Below, piece by piece: positions 61,222-64,000 of a DNA stretch of 64,000 nt. Position numbers and translations under genes: made by a program. Each line of letters begins with the position of its first letter. Within the stretch, counting starts at the first letter, position 1. The notes under the pieces were generated by a model. It was not told where the DNA came from and ran no database searches. It worked only from the letters and a program-made list of their open reading frames with translations. The DNA is from an uncultured Planctomycetota bacterium (lineage in GTDB: Bacteria; Planctomycetota; Planctomycetia; Gemmatales; Gemmataceae), in contig CAWATZ010000006.1 of NCBI GenBank assembly GCA_963784995.1, positions 328,853-392,852 of the forward strand. The letters run 5' to 3'.

Positions 61222-63279
61222 TTACACGCCTCGGCGAGTCATTCCGGCGATCGAATGAGCGCGGACGAGGTACGATGAAGATGGGAGGCAGGACCTGTCG
61301 GCTGGCTCAGGAAAATCGTCCGGGCTGATCAGGCCGGTGTCGAAGACCAGCTGCCATTCGCCGGGCCGGCCTTCCTGGATCTCGAACGTGACGTCCCTGT
61401 CGGACGCATTGATCATCACGTAAAGGTCGGTGTCCTGTTGCGAGGCCCCGCACAGGTAAAAGGCCAGCGTGCGGGAATCGGGCCCCATGTCCACCGTGGG
61501 GCCCGTGCCATACCAGCGAACGTCCTCACGCCAGAAGCGGCTCCGGCCCAGGGAAGGGTGGGCCTTGCGGAAAGCGATCATGCCGCGGAAGAACCGAAAC
61601 ACGTCCTGGTGGACGCGGAGCCGGTCCCAGTCGAGCCAGCTGGTCGTGTTGTCCTGGTTGTAGGGGTTGTTGTTGCCGCCCTGGGTCTGCAAGAACTCGT
61701 CGCCCGCACGGAGCATGGGCGTCCCGTTGGCCAGCAGCAGCAAGCAGCAGAAGTTCTTCGCCTGTCGCTTCCGCAGCTCCAGAACACGCGCCGGGATCCC
61801 CTCGTCCCCTTCCCAGCCGCAGTTCCAGCTGTAGTTCTCCTCCGGGCCGTCCGTGTTGTTGTGGCCGTTGGCCTCAGTTGCGCTTCCGGTCGTACGAGAC
61901 GAGGTCGTACAGGGTGAAGCCGTCGTGGCTGGTGACGTAGTTGACGCTCTGGAACGGGTGAAAGGCGTGCGTCCGGTCGTCCGGGAACAGGTCATCGCTG
62001 CCGTAGAGCCGCTGCATGAGGGCCGGCACCAGGCCGGGGTCGCCGCGCACGAAGCGGCGCACGTCGTCCCGGAAGCGGCCGTTCCACTGCAGGCACAACT
62101 TGGAGGGGAAGGACCGTCCCAGCTGATACGCCCCCGCGGCATCCCAGGGCTCCGCGATGACGCGGAAATCCAGGGGACCCGGCGGAACAACGTCGATCGG
62201 GTCCTCCCAGTTGAGGGAACCGTCGTCGTTCCGCGCCAGGACAGAGGCGAGGTCGAACCGGAAACCGTCCACGTGCATTTCCTCGGAACCAGTAACGCGC
62301 GCTGTCCACCGATCAGCTTGCGGACGGCGGGCTTGGAGCAGCGCAGCGAATTGCCGGTCCCGGAGAAGTCCGCGTAGGGCTGTCCGGCGTTGCCGGACAT
62401 CAGGTAATAGGTGCTATTGTCGATTCCCTTGAAGCTGTAAATCGGCCCGCGCTGGTCGCCTTCGGCCGTGTGGTTGTAGACCACGTCGAGGATGACCTCG
62501 ATGTCCGCGGCGTGCAGCGCCTTGACCATGGCGCGGAACTCGTTGTGCTGGTCGCACTCTTCGGGCCGGCTGCCGTAGCCGTGGTGGGGGGCGAAGAAGT
62601 TCAGGGGCATGTAACCCCAGCAGCTCCCCTCCTGCGGGTCGAACTGGAAGACGGGCATCAGCTCCACCGCGGTCACGCCCAGGTCTTTCAGGTAGGGAAT
62701 CTTCTCCATCACCCCCGCGTAGGTGCCGCGCCGGTCCGGACTCACGCCGGAGTTCGGGTTGTTCGTGAACCCGCGAACGTGCAGCTCGTAGATGATCGCG
62801 TCCGACTGATGCCGGGGTCGTCGGTCGTCGCCCCAGTCGAACGGCTCGCCGGCGCCGGCGAGCAGCCCCAGGGGGGCCTTGCCGGCGTTGGAACCGGGAC
62901 GCGACGCCGCCGCCCGGTCGAAGGCCGGGGGGAAGAAGACGGACTTGGCGTAGGGGTCGAGCAGGACCTTGTCCGGGTCAAAGCAGTGCCACTCCAGGCC
63001 GCCCTGCGGCTCGGGGCCGGCCACCGAATAGGCGTAGTAGCGCGCGCCGCGGAGCAGGGCCTGGGGGACCCGGCAGTGCCAGATCCTTCCGGATTTGTTG
63101 CGGAGGTAATCGAAGCGGTAGCGTGAAAACGGGATTGACCAGGTCCGTTTCGGCGTAGAGCAGCAGCGTAACGCTCTCCGCGTCCTTGGAGTAGAGAGCG
63201 AAGTTCCACGCCGAGTCTTTCTCGACCCAGCTCGCGCCCAGCGGAAACGGCATTCCTTCCGTCGCGGTCCAGTCTTGCA
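61222..63279 (-). CDS. glgX: Glycogen debranching enzyme GlgX / isoamylase (GH13); at least 3 apparent frameshifts
   Basis: N-terminus MQDWTATEGMPFPLGASWVEKDSAWNFALYS; catalytic core (IYELHVRGFT, GVTAVELMPV, VILDVVYNHT, HVDGFRFDLASVL in the alternative-frame ORF 61874-62278); C-terminal domain. Confidence 0.8.
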   Translation of the reverse strand, partial: CKTGPRRKECRFRWARAGSRKTRRGTSLSTPRTRRALRCCSTPKRTWSIPFSRYRFDYLRNKSGRIWHCRVPQALLRGARYYAYSVAGPEPQGGLEWHCFDPDKVLLDPYAKSVFFPPAFDRAAASRPGSNAGKAPLGLLAGAGEPFDWGDDRRPRHQSDAIIYELHVRGFTNNPNSGVSPDRRGTYAGVMEKIPYLKDLGVTAVELMPVFQFDPQEGSCWGYMPLNFFAPHHGYGSRPEECDQHNEFRAMVKALHAADIEVILDVVYNHTAEGDQRGPIYSFKGIDNSTYYLMSGNAGQPYADFSGTGNSLRCSKPAVRKLIGGQRALLVPRKCTWTVSGSTSPLSWRGTTTVPSTGRTRSTLFRRVPWISASSRSPGMPRGRISWDGPSPPSCACSGTAASGTTCAASCAATPAWCRPSCSGSTAAMTCSRTTGRTPFTRSRASTTSPATTASPCTTSSRTTGSATEANGHNNTDGPEENYSWNCGWEGDEGIPARVLELRKRQAKNFCCLLLLANGTPMLRAGDEFLQTQGGNNNPYNQDNTTSWLDWDRLRVHQDVFRFFRGMIAFRKAHPSLGRSRFWREDVRWYGTGPTVDMGPDSRTLAFYLCGASQQDTDLYVMINASDRDVTFEIQEGRPGEWQLVFDTGLISPDDFPEPADRSCLPSSSYLVRAHSIAGMTRRGV

Positions 63280-63291
63280 TCAGAGTTCCTT

Positions 63292-64000
63292 TCAGGTCGG
63301 GCGGTAAACGAGGACCGGCGACTCGGCAGCCCGGACGAGCTGATCGGCCACACTTCCCAACAACAGTCGTTTCAGGCCGCCCTGGCCGTGCGTGGCCAGG
63401 GCGATCAGGTTGCTCGCTTGCGCCCGGGCCTCCTCCATGATGGCCTCGGCTGCGTGATGGGCGACGACGACCCGGGTCTGGAGTTGCAACCCCTGTTCGC
63501 GCAGCCTCCTGGCGACGCCCTCCAGGTATGCCTGCGCCTCCGCCGTTGTTGCTGTCTCGCCCAAAGCGCGGTTGAAAGGGGAGGACCAGGAATCGACGAT
63601 CCGCAGGAGGACGGAGTGCCCCTCCATCAATCGGGCCAGGTCCAGGGCCGGGCCCAACACTTGCTCGGCAAGCGTCGAGCCGTCGAGGGGGATCAGGATG
63701 TTGCCCAGGATGGGCTCCAAGAAGACCCCGAGCCCCGTCTTTCCTGGGCGCGCCAGCAGGACGGGTACGTGAGCCCGGCGGATCAGTTCGTCCGCCACGC
63801 TGCCGATCGCGATGCGACTCAGGGCACTGCAGGGGTGCGTGGTCGTCACGATCAGATCGGCCCCGATGGTACGCACCCGCTCCAGGATTCGATCCGCCAC
63901 CCCTTCGGGAGGCAGTGCCTGGCCGGGAAGCACGTTCACGGTGACCGAGACCGGCGACACGGAGGCCGCCCATTTGGCGGTGGTGTCCAAATAGGACTGC
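63292..64000 (-). CDS. Tandem-domain universal stress protein (probably continues past the window end)
   Basis: Two Usp-like halves (…ADLIVTTTHP…PVLLARP and ILIPLDGS…NLIALATHGQGG…SPVLVYRP); the first domain looks N-terminally incomplete. Confidence 0.6.
   Translation of the reverse strand, partial: QSYLDTTAKWAASVSPVSVTVNVLPGQALPPEGVADRILERVRTIGADLIVTTTHPCSALSRIAIGSVADELIRRAHVPVLLARPGKTGLGVFLEPILGNILIPLDGSTLAEQVLGPALDLARLMEGHSVLLRIVDSWSSPFNRALGETATTAEAQAYLEGVARRLREQGLQLQTRVVVAHHAAEAIMEEARAQASNLIALATHGQGGLKRLLLGSVADQLVRAAESPVLVYRPT

Noticed and set aside
1-64000. Insertion sequences, transposases, integrases, prophage or CRISPR-Cas
   Set aside because: None recognised. The repeat families found are short, non-coding and hairpin-based.

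Overview
High-GC (~67%) chromosomal window with typical Planctomycetes gene content: DUF1501 and DUF1549/DUF1553 pairs, DUF11, ECF-sigma/Ser-Thr-kinase pairs, many WD40 proteins. Gene order from 5' to 3': WD40-tailed Ser/Thr kinase and ECF sigma; a CheA-REC hybrid kinase plus an Hpt-STAS protein; LysR-gltB-gltD; a giant secreted WD40 protein; dihydroxyacetone kinase; an LTXXQ periplasmic protein; PP2C phosphatase; a methyltransferase; a DUF1549/1553-DUF1501 pair; two paralogous Cys-rich secreted proteins; a DUF11 surface protein; a beta-propeller/phosphoesterase fusion; a small accessory cluster (Uma2 nuclease, HEAT, NTase-like); an MFP-RND-RND(fragment)-RND efflux cluster; a second ECF-sigma/membrane-STK pair; an outer-membrane efflux factor; a yhiI-rbbA-yhhJ-like ABC operon carrying an embedded UbiB kinase; a universal stress protein; and glgX. 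The most unusual content is non-coding. Several families of long, structured intergenic repeats occur in 2 copies each: a 130-bp palindromic element upstream of two signalling genes; two ~300-bp elements flanking the giant WD40 gene whose hairpins are conserved by compensatory changes; two AT-rich polypurine/polypyrimidine inverted repeats of about 170-215 bp; REP-like hairpins; and an 8-mer tandem array forming a 30-bp stem around the rbbA start. A 30-nt identical segment sits inside the signal-peptide coding region of two unrelated secreted proteins. About 20 genes show apparent frameshifts, some at G7 runs, which points to assembly indel errors rather than biology. No tRNA, rRNA, CRISPR array or transposase was recognised.
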